Shown here one piece after another: positions 12,281 to 24,790 of a DNA stretch of 64,000 nucleotides. A program made the position numbers and the translations under genes. Each line of letters starts with the position of its first letter. Position 1 is the stretch's first letter. The notes beneath the pieces were generated by a model that made no database searches, was not told the origin of the DNA, and saw only the letters and a program-made list of their open reading frames with translations. Source of the stretch: Raillietiella orientalis (Eukaryota); assembly GCA_036172245.1 (NCBI GenBank), contig JAYWIR010000039.1, positions 682,001-746,000 of the forward strand, read 5' to 3'.

Positions 12281-13939
12281 CGCGGGAACGCGACACCTCA
12301 CCTATCGATCGGCTCAAGAAGGCGGCGTATGGACGGTGGGCAGTCCTGGCCAGCAGCCGAGCGAGAGACACCTCGTTAATCTCGTCTGCAAAAGAGGGAG
12401 CCGCGCCATCGCACTCGACGCGTGCTGCTGCCCATTCGACAGCACGCCACCTTCCGAGCGTACAAGAGACCGTGTCGGAGGTTCATCCGTGCTCGTGTTC
12501 CTTCCATTCCTGCCGGAGGATGCGAGCTCGTGAGCGGGAAATTCTTGGTCTCATCGTCCACGGTGCGCCCTCATCGCCGGCGCCCAAGTCCCAACGGATC
12601 TTTATGCAACGGTCCATGCTGGAGCGCACCGCTCTTCCCTGCCTTCGCGCCCCGTCCGGCGCTTGGCGATGTTCGCCTCTTCTGAAGAGTTCGCCGTTCG
12701 CCGCCGGAATCGGCGAGGCGGGACGGCGCCCTGCGACCGTGCCCGCGCCGACGCGGGTGCTCCCCTAACGGCGAAGCAGGGAAGCACTTCATCCTCTCTC
12801 TCCTCCCTGCCATCGTCGTCCTGCCCACCTCCGCTCAGCGGCGGACGATTCGTCGATTTCCCGCGGCCCCAGAGCGGTCGCGGATTCGACTCTGTTCTGG
12901 GAGCAGCGGATTGATTGGTTGAAGGCCACCATTTTTCTTCATCGTGCCTCCCGGAGATTATCTAAGATTCGGTGGTCGAGGACGTGATCCAGCAGCGATT
13001 CCCGTCATGCGCGCCTCCTACGTATGCGGTTCGTACCGTTCCTGGGGTGGTTCTTTCACAGCTCTTCAATTGGGTGCTTCCCGGCGAGGGAGTGTCAATG
13101 AAGAAACCATGCGCTCGGCCTTCTGGCAATCCGGGGAAACAGAAACGCCAGTCCTCTCTCTGTGGTTTCCCGGTCACTGCAGTTCAGACATCCCAAGAGC
13201 GAAGCTAGTTTGAAATTTCGGGAGCTCGTGGCAGAAGCCCGGCGAGAAGGCAGGGTCGCGCGACACCGACGCGGCCGCGATGCCCGTCTGGGGCTCCCTC
13301 GGCCCAACGGAGCACGAATCCAGCGCGGTCAAGCGGCCACAAGAAGGTCAAGAGGAGCATCCAGACCCTGGTAGCATAGCAACCCAAGCATGCACAGGAG
13401 CGGCCCCATGGAGAACACTTTTTACGCAGAGATCAGGAGGTCGGGAGCACCAGAGTACCGAACGGCCTCATAGGCTCTTCACCTCGACGCGGAGGAGCAA
13501 CTCCTCTGGCAACGACCACTCTCTTCCCTGAGAAGGGGAAGGGGCGACGACAGCGACGCTGACCTGCTGGGTGGGAGGGTGCTTCTCCTTCGCAAGCCGG
13601 TGGGTGCCTGGTGGGCGCGGGAGCTTCCGGATGCCAGGACGCCAACTGCTCGCACCGAAGGTCTAACCCGGCTATGCGTGCGCGGACGAAGCAGCGACGT
13701 CCGCCTCCTCCCCTTCCGGTGAGCAACACGCGGCGGCGCTCTCCCTGCGCCGCTGTTTCCAGAATACCACGGAGCAGCGCCTCCCGTTCCTCCGGAAACA
13801 GCCGCAGGTCGAAGGGCAGGACGTGGACGGACCTCCCCTGCCCGCTGCCCAAGTGCAGCGCGTGGCAGACGCGTCGCTGCTCCGTGCCGTTCCACGCCTT
13901 GGGGCGGCGCCCCCGCAGGAGGGACGACCGGGCGTGCTG

Positions 13940-14900
13940 AGGAGTGAGCAGAACGCGGTGCTGTCCTCCCCATGGGGAGCACAACGACAATAACCCCTTT
14001 GCACCCACTTCTGCGGTCGTGACGACCGAAGAAACCCCTCCGTGGTCGCCGTTCCTGGCGGCTTCCGAGGGAAAGGACTCGCTCGCCTCGGGGCTGCTTC
14101 GCGGACTTTCCAAAGTCCCAAGACGATGCCCGGAGTGCTGAACCTGGAGGCAGGATGTCTTCTAAAGGGGCTGCAGGACAGGGTCACATCGAGGTCATTT
14201 CCACGTCAAGTGCTGCGTCGCCTCTTCCAAGTCCATACCCCGACGATCTCCACTGCTATCCAAACGACTACGAGAAGACAGAAAAGACGCGACGATAGCG
14301 GCCACGGAGTTGGTCTGGGCTGCTCCCGGGACAGAGGAAAGTCAGCGAACCCGCAGTCACGTCGGCCTGGAGACTTTCAGACGCCGCGGATGCAAGCGCT
14401 CCCGTCCAAGGGAGACCTCTGCATTTCCCTGGATGAAGAGATAGTGCCCACCGCTTCGTTCTGGACGGTTCGATGGTGCTGGCTGCTAGAGGAAGTCCCC
14501 TAGCCACCAGCACCTGAGAGCGGATCTGCTTGCGGACTGGTGGGTGGCAGTGGGGGACAGTAGCTCTCTTGCTCATCCGGAGGACTCTCGTCGGCGCCCT
14601 CTGTGGTGGTTCTTCTACGCAGGAAGGACTCTTGACAATTGGAAGGCTGGCTATCCCTCTCTGCGGTCATCCGAGCAGCAGCGGTTGCTAGTGACCGTGC
14701 GGCGGAGCGACCCAAGAGCGACGTCTGCTTCTCCCCACCGCGCAACGCAGAGGGCGTCAGAGTGGCCTCACTCCTGACTCGAAATCAGAGAGGATGCCTC
14801 CAGCTTCGTAGGGAGGCGGAAAGACACGGGGCAGAAACCACCCGGTGATCTTCTCTACCCTCGTTCCCAATGTTCGTGCCCGAGGCATTTTCTCTCGGGA
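13940..14900 (+). mobile_element. Decayed L1/Tx1-like 3' fragment (second family)
   Basis: WTVRWCWLLEEVP followed by C..DSS..H-like residues and GCLQL. Similar patterns at about 6340-6700, 22750-23100 and 34900-35350. Confidence 0.3.
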
Positions 14901-17900
14901 GTCCCAATTTCCATTTCACTTTCTTTTGTGTGATTCAGTGTGTGTGTTCCCCCTCCCCCTTCTCCTGTTCTTCGCCTGTTTCGAGGGGTTCTTTCCACTG
15001 CCAGACTGTGTAAGGGCGCTCGGTTTATTTGATGCACAAGGTACGTGTGCCACCTATACACGTGCTTCATTCAAGCAAACGCCGCGCCGTAATCGAGCTG
15101 CAGGGCCCAAACCGGGCAGGACGAGGAAGCGGAGGCAGCTGCGGAGTTCTTGCGCATGTCTTCCTGTGATCCTGGGATAACGAAACCGTCCCAACGCGTC
15201 CACGCTTCGCGCCCCACGCGCTCTGCCGCCAACCTCCAGTGCAGGCGCAGCTGCAGGGCGCCCGCTCCCCTCTTGCAGTCCGCACGGGTGCCGCAAGCGG
15301 CGCGCTCCTGATCAGACGATGGACCGAAAAACCGCCTCTCCCGCGCGCACGAGTGCTTCCAAAGGTGTCGCGGGACGCGACGGGGCGCGGACCCAGGCGG
15401 AGCCACGTGGGTCGCTTCGAGAGGGCGGTGCGTGTCAGAAGGAGGCGTGCCTGCGGGCTCCATCCCCATGCTCTTCCCGAGGCATCTGCGGTTTCTCTCG
15501 ACGGTGGTAGGAAAGATCTCGAGTGGACGCGGGCCTCGTACGCTTCGGGATCCTTTAGGAAACACCCGCCGGGCGGCCTCCAGGAGAGATCCAGACGCAG
15601 TGGGATGCTCCAACAGAATGATCCAAAAAATCGACGCTGTTGCCGGGCTACGAGGAAGGACGAAAATCCGAAAGAGGATGGCAACCAGAGGAAAGGAACG
15701 GGAAAGCCGGCATCTCTGTCCCTGCATGGCAACCAGGGTTCCAGTGTCTGCTGAATGAGAGCTCCCCGTTGTCTTCGGCTTCAGCGGAAGCGGATCGTGG
15801 CGCCACGCTGGGCTCTCGATGAAGTGCTTCAATCTTGGGGATACGGAGCACGCGACCTCCCCAGCCGCTCTGGTGCCGCCGCCAACTCCAAGAGAGGGCG
15901 GAAGAGCTTTCGGCTGGCCGGTTGGAGTTTTGTCCTCCCTTCGCCCTCGGTTCCTCAGCACCGCTTGTCCCGGGAACGCGCCCCTCTCCTGGCTTCCGAC
16001 CAGGGTGGAGCAGTGCTATCTCTCCGCGCGCTCTTACAGAGGGATTGCTGGACGCCGCCGCAGCGCTCGCTCTTGAGCGGTGGAGAGAAACGCGGGCAGG
16101 TGGATGTGTGACCACACCTCGTTTCGATTCCCTCCCCTTCAGACACCGGGAAACACCTCCCTCCCCAAGCCAACGGGTGCGAGCATGCAGCCGAACGGGG
16201 AGCCGCGGCGACGCGCCAAATTCGTGCAAAAGTGATCTCTCGGAACCTCTTCTTCCTTCCTCCCTTCCTTCCTTTTTCGGTTGCGTTCCTGCGTCCCGCG
16301 AGAGGGAACGGAGCAGCAGCGGCACACGTGTTACTGCCTTCAGCTAGGCTGGCAGAAAAAGCGTAGGTCCTCCTTCGGAAACGCCGATCGCCTCGTGGGA
16401 CCATCATTTGCGGATGCTCGTAACACTGTAGCAACCCGCTGACCTTGCTACGAGCACACTGTCTCTACACGGGCACATCTTTCGTGTGCAAATAACCCTG
16501 CTGGGACCAGTAGACGATGCTGCGCGGAGTAATGGTGCACGTAGCGACGGGAAAAAAAAAAACGATTTCGTGGAACCGCAAGTCTCGCACCAGACCTCGT
16601 TAAAACCTGTGCACGATTTCGCAGTTTTGGTGATCCGATGTTCCGGTGAGTGGTGTCTGTGCCGAATCGGTGCGCACGCTGTAGCGAAATTACGTGCAGC
16701 ACACACGCCGACGGAACGCTTGCAGCGTTCTCGGGGGAGGAGGGGGGGGAGAGGAAGCGCACCTCGCCATCCTGCATTGTTGCGCGCAGTGTTGCCACGC
16801 GTGCTCCTCGCGAACCAAAATTTCATCGCAAGCGAGCGAAAAGGACTGCTCCATGCGATTCTGCTTTAATCATTTGAGCACTGGAATGCGACTCAATGTA
16901 CTGTACGTAGAGTACGCGCTTCTTTAGCTGCGAACGTGTGCTGCATAATTTGTCTGTACGAAGGTGCACGCATAATGCGCATAACTTGATGATTGCGATA
17001 CTTAGTATCGTTTTTTGCGATTAATGCACAGATATTGCGCGTGGGTGGAACTTATTTATGTGACTGGTTTAGTATAGTACATGGTTATAAATTCGCCGGA
17101 CGGAGTCCAGCTCATATAAGTGCATGGAGCGTACTGGAAGTAATCAGGGCATGAAATCCTTCTTTCTTTCTTCATAAGTGCATGCAACGGAGGGAAATTC
17201 TGGCTCTATAATCACTGCTTTTATCTTTCGCTTAAGGACAAATGAGCTTGGAAACTCAGAGTATTTATGAGTGGATTGGGGACTTGCTCTTTGATAACAT
17301 CTGAACCCGGATCACGTATGGCAAAGTCTCTTATGAGGATTCCCTCCTTCCTTTTTCTTTTTTCCTTTTTTATGTTTGCTGCCTTCACGAAATTCAGATA
17401 TTGAAGTTATCATCCATTCGTCTTTCCCAAACTAGACAAACTGACCTTCCCATATGCGTGCAGAAAAGTTTCGGGAATAAATTTCTGCCGAAAAAGCATT
17501 TTTCCAAGTGGTGGGAAATCTCTCCGATGTTTTTTCCCCCCTTCCGCAAAGTACTTCGTTGTTAACTGGTTGCAATCGTCTTCAAAAAAACAGAAAAACA
17601 GAATCACTGTGCCTGTCGTCACGCTTCCCCGTCTGCAATATCAGCTGATTTGTGAACGTTAAAGAGGGGTATCAGCTTGCCTCTGTCAAGCCTGGAAACG
17701 TAGGAGCGGAACCACGCAACTTTTGTTTCAATCACCTTTTCGCGTTTCTAGGATACATGCCTGCAAGTTGCCTGACGGCCAGCAAGCCAGCGGTCTGGCA
17801 GCTCCTCTAGTGGTTTCCGTATCCCCTGAACGACCCGTGCTGCGCAAGGGGAAAAAGAAAGCGTTGGTTCCTTTTGGTTTTCGGACCCGATGTCTCAGGT

Positions 17901-19501
17901 GCTCGGACGTTTCCGCTGGACGCGAACTCGGTTCGGTGAAGCTGCGGAGAAAGGACCTGGTTGCAAGCTTCTCCTCGCTCATCTCCAGAAGGACTGGAAT
18001 TTTCTTCCTTTCAGCTAAAGGGGGAACTGGGTATCGACCATCTCAACCATCTCAACCCGAGCTCTCTGGGAGCGCTTTTAAACCCCGCGCTTACTTTCAC
18101 CGGCGGACTGAAAAAGGTCATCTTCTTCAGAAGGGAGCAACACATAAATTGAACTCGAAACACCAATCAGGAAATTTCATCCACACGAATGCATTCTGTC
18201 CCACGGGCGCAAGTAGCCATCGGTTCATTCTCAAAGCACCAAATTTCCTTCGAAAAGGACTTGGAGAATGGTCCTGCTGCTCCGAAGAGCGATCGTGCAT
18301 GATTCGGGAGAAGATTTTCAAGGCTTCACATAATTTTTGCACCGTCCAGAATTTCCTCTGGCTGCTGCCTTTTCCTGACAACCTCCTTCGTTGGGGGGGG
18401 GGGGGGGGATGCGGCTCGTGATTTCAACACGCGCGGTGTTTGTCACCGGCACCGGCTTTTATCGCCCGGAGCACTTGAACTTGTAAGAGTAAAGGTGGCT
18501 GCCACCAGCTCGTGGCAGTCATCTGCAAGTGAGTCTGTTCCCTATGGGGTTTCCCTAACGTGCGACCTGGGGAAGGACTCTGCGCCGCCCCCATTCAGCA
18601 TGGGCTTTCGGTGCCAGTCGAGTGGCTCAACAGTTTGTTCGACAGGATGTGTGCAACGGCGCTGTACGAATGCTTATCGTGTTGTGCATCTCAGACAGAT
18701 GTGCTTTTATGGATCGTTGAGGCGACAGCCGACTGTTGATTGTTGTTGTGGCGGAAGCGCTTCAAAGAGCGTGCTACAGCGCGGAGGCTGCTGACCTTGA
18801 CTCTGCTCGAAGAAAATGCAGCAGCTTTCGCGTTTCCCAGTCGCTTTCGGGTCTCTGCTTGGAGTTTCCTGACGCCCTCCCGTTCGCTCCTTTGGAGCCA
18901 AAGGCGGACCTGGTTGCGTAAGAGCAGCAAAGCAACGATGATGAAATTAATGCTTGTAGGAGAAAAGGAACCTGACTCGGCTGGGGAATCGATCGGAAAA
19001 AAAAAGTTGGAGCGGAAAAGAGGACAGAACTGCTGAGGAGATTTTTGAAAAGTGCTGCCTGCGGGGCTGGCGACGTCTCCAGAACTTACCTCTGCCTCTA
19101 AGGAGCCTGGAAAGTACCGCGGACTCTTCGATTCGAGAGGGTTTCTTCTCTTCAGGCGAGTCTTGAGAAGTAGCGGAACTTCCTGGTAGGCGTTCGATGG
19201 CATCTCCCGAAGTTCTCCCGACAAGGGAGAGAAGCCAACGGTTTAGTCCAAAAACTTCAGGGAGATTTCAGGTATCAACCGATTCAAACGAAGAAGAGGA
19301 AGAAGAAGAAGAAGAAAGGCAACAGCGACAGATTGCAGGAATGAAGTTCACATCGTTAGCCAGCCGCCATGACAAATTAGCAGTAATTAATGATCAGTCT
19401 AAAAGCATCCACTGGTTATCAACACTTGATTATTAAATAAATACAAATAACATCTCGTACTGAACGCACTGCTATTGGACAGGCATCCTTGTATACGACG
19501 A

Positions 19502-19528
19502 CGTACACAACCTCGGAGGTTGTGTACG
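19502..19528. repeat. 13-bp perfect palindrome with 1-nt centre
   Basis: CGTACACAACCTC-G-GAGGTTGTGTACG. Confidence 0.95.
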
Positions 19529-19895
19529 CCTTGGGAAAGTACGGCACCCGCTAGCATGCCTCCCCACATGCGTAAGCCGTCTGCGTTTTCCAAAGATTAA
19601 AAAGAGATGAAATCATGCGTTTGCGACAGCAAGCTGTACACGTGTGGAGGTATATCGTAATGTGTCCCGCGCATTCATCATTTCGTAGCATCTGTGTACT
19701 GGTGTTTTCCTCGTAAATTAATGCTTATGAGCTACGCGGACACCGCGGGGTACACGTTGTGCAACTCGTTGTGCAATGCAAGCAAAACGATGGGGGATGC
19801 TGAGTGGGGGGGGGATGGATGCAATCCTTCCTCGAATTTGTTTCGTCCTGTTCTTTCGGAGACCCTACCGTTCTTGGAACTTGGAACTCTTCTTG

Positions 19896-21320
19896 AGTTT
19901 TCCAGCCGGTTTTGCCGAAGAGCATTTGTTATTAAACAAAATAATAAGAAAAGTCCAGTTCAAATGCTCAATTGGTATGAAAAACCTGGTTTCCCCCCTC
20001 TACGTGCGTGGGACTTGCCGTGACCTGTACGCGGACCCTCGAGGTCCGTTTCCTCAGCTACGGGGAATGGAAAACCGGGGGGAAAAAAGAAACGAACGAA
20101 AAGAGAAAGAAACGGGTGGACAATTTTCATTGGGGAGGGGATCGGGGATGGGATCACACTTCGCTGGGATACGTCCCCAGCATCCTGAAGAGGATGCTGG
20201 CAAGCTGTGTCCGTACCCTGCCCAGGTGGAGTCATCTAGAGGCGATCTTGAAGAAGATCGTCGCCGAATGGATGGTGTTCCTGCCATTTAGGCCTCTTCT
20301 GGCCTTCCACGCCGCCACGATCCCTCGAAGACAGCAGAGAACTGCAAGGGACGCTGCTGGCGGCAGTGCGACACTCTCGAAGAGATGTTTGCAAATGTCG
20401 CTGGGGCCACCTAGCTGGATTTTTAGGGTGGTCGAGAGACGATCCAAAAGGGGGTAAAGGGCGGAACAGTCTAGCAGAAGATTCGGAAAGGTTGTCTCCT
20501 CGCCGCGCCTTCTGCTGGAACTCTTTTTGAGTTTGCGCTCGCGGGAGCACCTCCGAGTACCTCTTTGATGCTGACGCACTTCATCGCATTGCTCTTCGTT
20601 TTCCCGCCAACTTTCTCTCCTGATCTTTTCCGCTTCCAGCTGGACGGCACCTAAAAAATTCGACGTTGACCCAAGGTTCGACACTTCGCGAGATTTTTTT
20701 TTTTTCCCAGACGCAAGGTCTCGGCTCCTGCGGACGGGGTGCATCCAGGAATCGTCAGATTTCGGCCATTGCGCTGCTTTGTTTTCGTGTGGTCAGGTCA
20801 GAGTACCGTCGTCACAGATGCCTAGGGGCTTTTGGAGGAGAACAGGGGGCAGGCTGTTCGGAAATTTGCATTCACCTACTGACAAAGAATCTGGACCGGA
20901 TGAAGATTACGAGGGAGTGGAGTCCCTCAAAAATTGGATAGTTGATTGTACAGAAAGGAGCGTAATCTCGAAATCAAATAACAGCAACAGCGTGATTTGT
21001 ATAGGGGAGCTCGGATGAATAGAGACGTTGGAATGGGTGTCTGCAGGGAGTAGTAAATGTGCAGTACCAGTCTGGTTGACTGAAAATCCTGAGCCACGTC
21101 TCTGAGCTTAGTAGTCGTGAGCCATTCGGTATCGATCTTTGGATGATGGGGAAGTTTCTTGTCATGAAAGCATCGGTGGGTTGAAGCGCTCTTTGATTAG
21201 GAAGGGATTTCAGAAAGGTGTCGGCTATGAAGGGATGATGACGTAACGATGACAGTGCTTTGGGGGTGAAGGTTGTCCGGTGAGGCGAATACGGGTTGAT
21301 GTCGTTTGCTCGGAATCTCA
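19896..21320 (-). mobile_element. L1/Tx1-like LINE, family A copy 3 (more diverged)
   Basis: EETTFPNLLLDCSALYPLL and SLAVLCCLRGIVAAWKAR in ORF 20232..20744 match copies 1 and 2. The 3' UTR similarity extends to about 19896. The upstream boundary is uncertain. Confidence 0.6.
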
Positions 21321-21479
21321 AAGAAGAAAAAAAAACTCTCGGGCAAGCAGAGTTTCTTCAAAGGCAGAGATGGCAAGAGCTGTTCGTACTGGAGAAGGCT
21401 CTTCGTATCAGCACGCTCAATAAAGGCAGGTATCAACTGGCCTGTAAGAATTTTGCAAATGAATTCAAAACAAAACAGA

Positions 21480-21590
21480 AAAGGATGAACACTTGACCTT
21501 TTCACAGCCTTGAACTCCTCTTTCGTGAGAAAATAAATGTCTTCTTTCAAGATAGCTGCAGAAACTACAAGACAGTTTACAGTCATGGTT
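21480..21590 (-). repeat. Dispersed repeat homologous to 22380-22490
   Basis: CAGCCTTGAACTCC...TCGTGAGAA...CTTCTTTC is shared. Translations LVVSAAILKEDIYFLTKEEFKA vs LVDCAAISKEGIHVLTRE. Confidence 0.6.
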
Positions 21591-22413
21591 CACAGACGTT
21601 CACGAGTGGGAAAAGAGCCATTCCCACTAACGGAGAAAACCGTCTACTCTCAGTTGGGTGGACGGTTTTTTCAACCTATGTAGCCGTACTCTCATCTCAT
21701 CTCGTGCGTCTTCTATCCTCACCACAGGACTTCCAGCTGATTATTCCAAGATCAAGGATCTTTGGAATCTTCTGCTCTGGTAGCTTTTTCGGATCAGGAT
21801 CCTAATCCTACGGGAATTAGCAGCTCAGAAATCTTGTTGGAACTCAGCCACTGTTATCACTTGCTGTGCTTGCAGCAACGAGAAGAGGCAGATTTGTAGA
21901 TCAGCTGTGTGAGCTTCAGGTAGGAGAGTTGCCTCAGAGACCTTCTATGCCTGCCACAGTCCTCAACAATCAAGTAGCTCCAGGAACTCGGGCTAATAAC
22001 TACTGGGATAATTTACGCAGCTCCTCCTATCAAATCTTATTGGGAAGGGAGCAAAAGGTCACAAACGCCACATAAAACAAGACAGCATTATTTGCCATCT
22101 TAATGAACCATCTTCGCGAGCTGCACGTAAGCAACCCGACGGAAAGGATCCAGGAGCAGGCAACAAGCCAGATGGAGCGATGGATGCAGAAGGAGCTGTA
22201 GCACTGAGCATCCATGGAGGAGAGTCAATGAGTTTTCCCTCCACCTCGATATTCTGAGTATGCTGCGTAGCCCGCATTCCTCACAAAAAACGAAATGCCG
22301 GCTGAACTTTTTATTGGGACTTTTTAAAGAGCTGAATTTGCACGGGAGAATTCAAAACAACAACAAAAAAAAACTTCTACCCTCTTCACGGGAGCAGCCT
22401 TGAACTCCCTCGT

Positions 22414-22453
22414 GAAGGCATCCATTTTCTCTCGTGAGAACATGGATGCCTTC
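22414..22453. repeat. 18-bp inverted repeat (1 mismatch) with 4-nt loop
   Basis: GAAGGCATCCATTTTCTC-TCGT-GAGAACATGGATGCCTTC. Confidence 0.9.
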
Positions 22454-23821
22454 TTTCGAAATGGCTGCGCAGTCCACAAGGCCTTCCAGAAAGTAAAACA
22501 CGGTTGCGGTGCACTTCCGAAGAACGCAAAGCAGGGCTACGGATGGAGGAAGAACCACGAATCTGTCTACCACCAGTGCAGCCCTCCTTTCATCTCATCT
22601 CGCGCATTGCGTCGCGATGCTCGGTATTCACACTTACGAGAGGTCAGGCTCCTCTCAACGCACTCATTCTTGCACTTCGCGTTATTGAGTTTCCAAGATG
22701 GGGAAATTTACTGCATTATATTTCAAGATAATGTAATAAAATGATGCAGCGAATTTATTAAGACGCAATCCCATTAAGATGCGGCGGTTCGGATGCTCTG
22801 GCTGAGATGGATTCGCTCTTACAGTCTCTTCGAAAAGCGATCTCTGTCGGGAGCTTGGCGCGGAATTTTCTGGAACGCCCGTCGCATTATTGCGAGGAGC
22901 TGGGAGATTCGGGGACCTTGCTGCTGTCCGTCGAGACGGGAGGGGGAGCCCTGCTGCAGTGGTGCCTCGGAAAGTCTTCGAGCATCCGGCGGTCCGGAGG
23001 CAGAGGGATGGAAGGGGGGGAGGGTCCCAGAGCGTTCCCTGCTCCATCAGGGCACGGAGCGACCCGAGAGCAATCAGTGGGGGACCATCAGGACGAGGGT
23101 GAAGGGAAAGCGCGCGTAAGCGAGGAGAAACCAAATCCTGGCGCCCGTCGGTGCCATTTCTTTTTCGCCAAGCCTGTCTCCCGTGCTGGAGATTTTTTTC
23201 CGACGGGCTTTTTCTGCGGGTCCTCGCCAGCAGGCCGAGAGGATCGCGGAGCCGAGCTCTCCCGCGTTGTCTCGAGACCGGCCCATGGCGAACCGAATGC
23301 CGCAGGCCACCACGGATATGTGCGGACGGCGAGGACACCGGACGATGCGCGCCCGCGGCGCTCCGCGATTCCTCCTCCACTTTTCGCTTCCCAATCGAGT
23401 GGCGGGAAACATTTCGGATTCGGGAGCCCACCATGGACAGCAGGAATCCCCCACCCTCGTCCGTTGCCATGGAGCGGGAAAGTGCGGTGGCGGCAAAGAG
23501 TGAGAAAGAGCGTGACTTCCTGCGCTGCTGCGAGGCGAGGGGAACGCGGGGAGAGAACGACCTTCCGACCTGCACCGCAGTGAGGCGAGTAGGGGACCGT
23601 CGTGACTTCGCGCGCCGGAACCGACCTGATCCGGGCCATGAAGTGGGGCAACATGAACCGTCGTCGAAATCCAAGTTGAAATCAATAAACTGGAAGGTCA
23701 TAGATGGCAAATGGGCAGTAGGGAAAGCGCGATTTGGAAGGAAGCACGAAGACGTCGAAAGCCCTCCGCCTGCTCCTCTCGGGTGCTCGGGAACCGATCT
23801 CCTGGAGGCTCACGAAGCTGC

Positions 23822-24790
23822 TTAAAGCTGTCTATTCGCCATCCTCGGGAGCGTGCCAACTCATCCAGCCAGGGAGGACCACCCTACAAATCCGGGAAGG
23901 GCTCTTCCCCTCTTACGCTTGGGAGGGAGCTCCGAAGAGAAGGAACTCTCGCTCTGGTTATATACGAAGGGAACCTCGAAAGCGGACTCTTCTTTGTTCT
24001 CTCCGGAGGGGTGCTCCAGACTAAATTTGAGTTGTTTTCGTTTAGGAAAAGCTAACTTTCATAGTAAAAATTTGTTTATTGTAAAATTGTGCAAACTTTT
24101 TCTTTACAACTAACAAAAACGATTTTAAACTTACTAATAAGTTTACTTTGTACTAATAAAATTACTAGGATGCCTTCTGTTGCGATTTTAAAGGGTGTTA
24201 TAAGTGCTCTTTGACTTAGGTGGTTAATTTTGTACCTTGAAATTACACCTAGCTTAAAAACGCGTTTTTTAGTTTCTCTCAAGATAAAAGGTTAATTGAG
24301 CGTCAAGAACCCAGAGAGAGGCGCCTCTCATTTCTTCTCCGGAAAAATCCCAGAAAAGGGTGCGCTCCTCGTTTCCACCTTTGAAGAGAACCCTGAAGGG
24401 CCACTCCCCGAAGGGAGCAGCGCGCTTCTTCCCACTCTGAAGAGGTACCAGCTCCATGGTACGAGATGGAGGGTCTCCCCTTGAGAAGAGGGTGGCTCCA
24501 TTTGCACAATTGGAGGGATACTCCGAAGGGCTCCTGGGTTCCTGAACGGACCCGGAGGGTCGACTTCCAATCCCGATCAGTCAGCGGGGGCACCCGCGGA
24601 ATTTCCGGCTTCCACTGGTGCTGCACCCGAATAAATCAACCAGCGTCATCTTGTGGAGGAACATGGAATCCTACAACTCACCCTCCGTTCTCGGCGTGGC
24701 CCCTTCCCCGGGCGGGTTTCGAACCTGCAACGCCCGGTACCGCCGCGCGCGAAAACCGCAGTCACGCGGTCTCCACTGCTCCTCGAACTC
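23822..24790 (-). mobile_element. tRNA-derived SINE copy 2, interrupted by an AT-rich insert at 24021-24310
   Basis: Box B GGTTCGAAACC (24725-24715) and degenerate box A AGGAGCAGTGG. Body and tail are homologous to SINE copies 1 and 3. Confidence 0.75.
24021..24310. other. 290-bp AT-rich foreign insertion (possible NUMT)
   Basis: Abrupt composition shift inside a GC-rich SINE. Absent from the other two SINE copies. Flanked by CCAGA at 24016-24020 and 24311-24315. Confidence 0.6.

Noticed and set aside
16346..17692. Possible non-autonomous hAT element bounded by TAGGCTGGCAGA and TCTGTCAAGCCTG
   Set aside because: The terminal similarity is loose and the flanks show no TSD.
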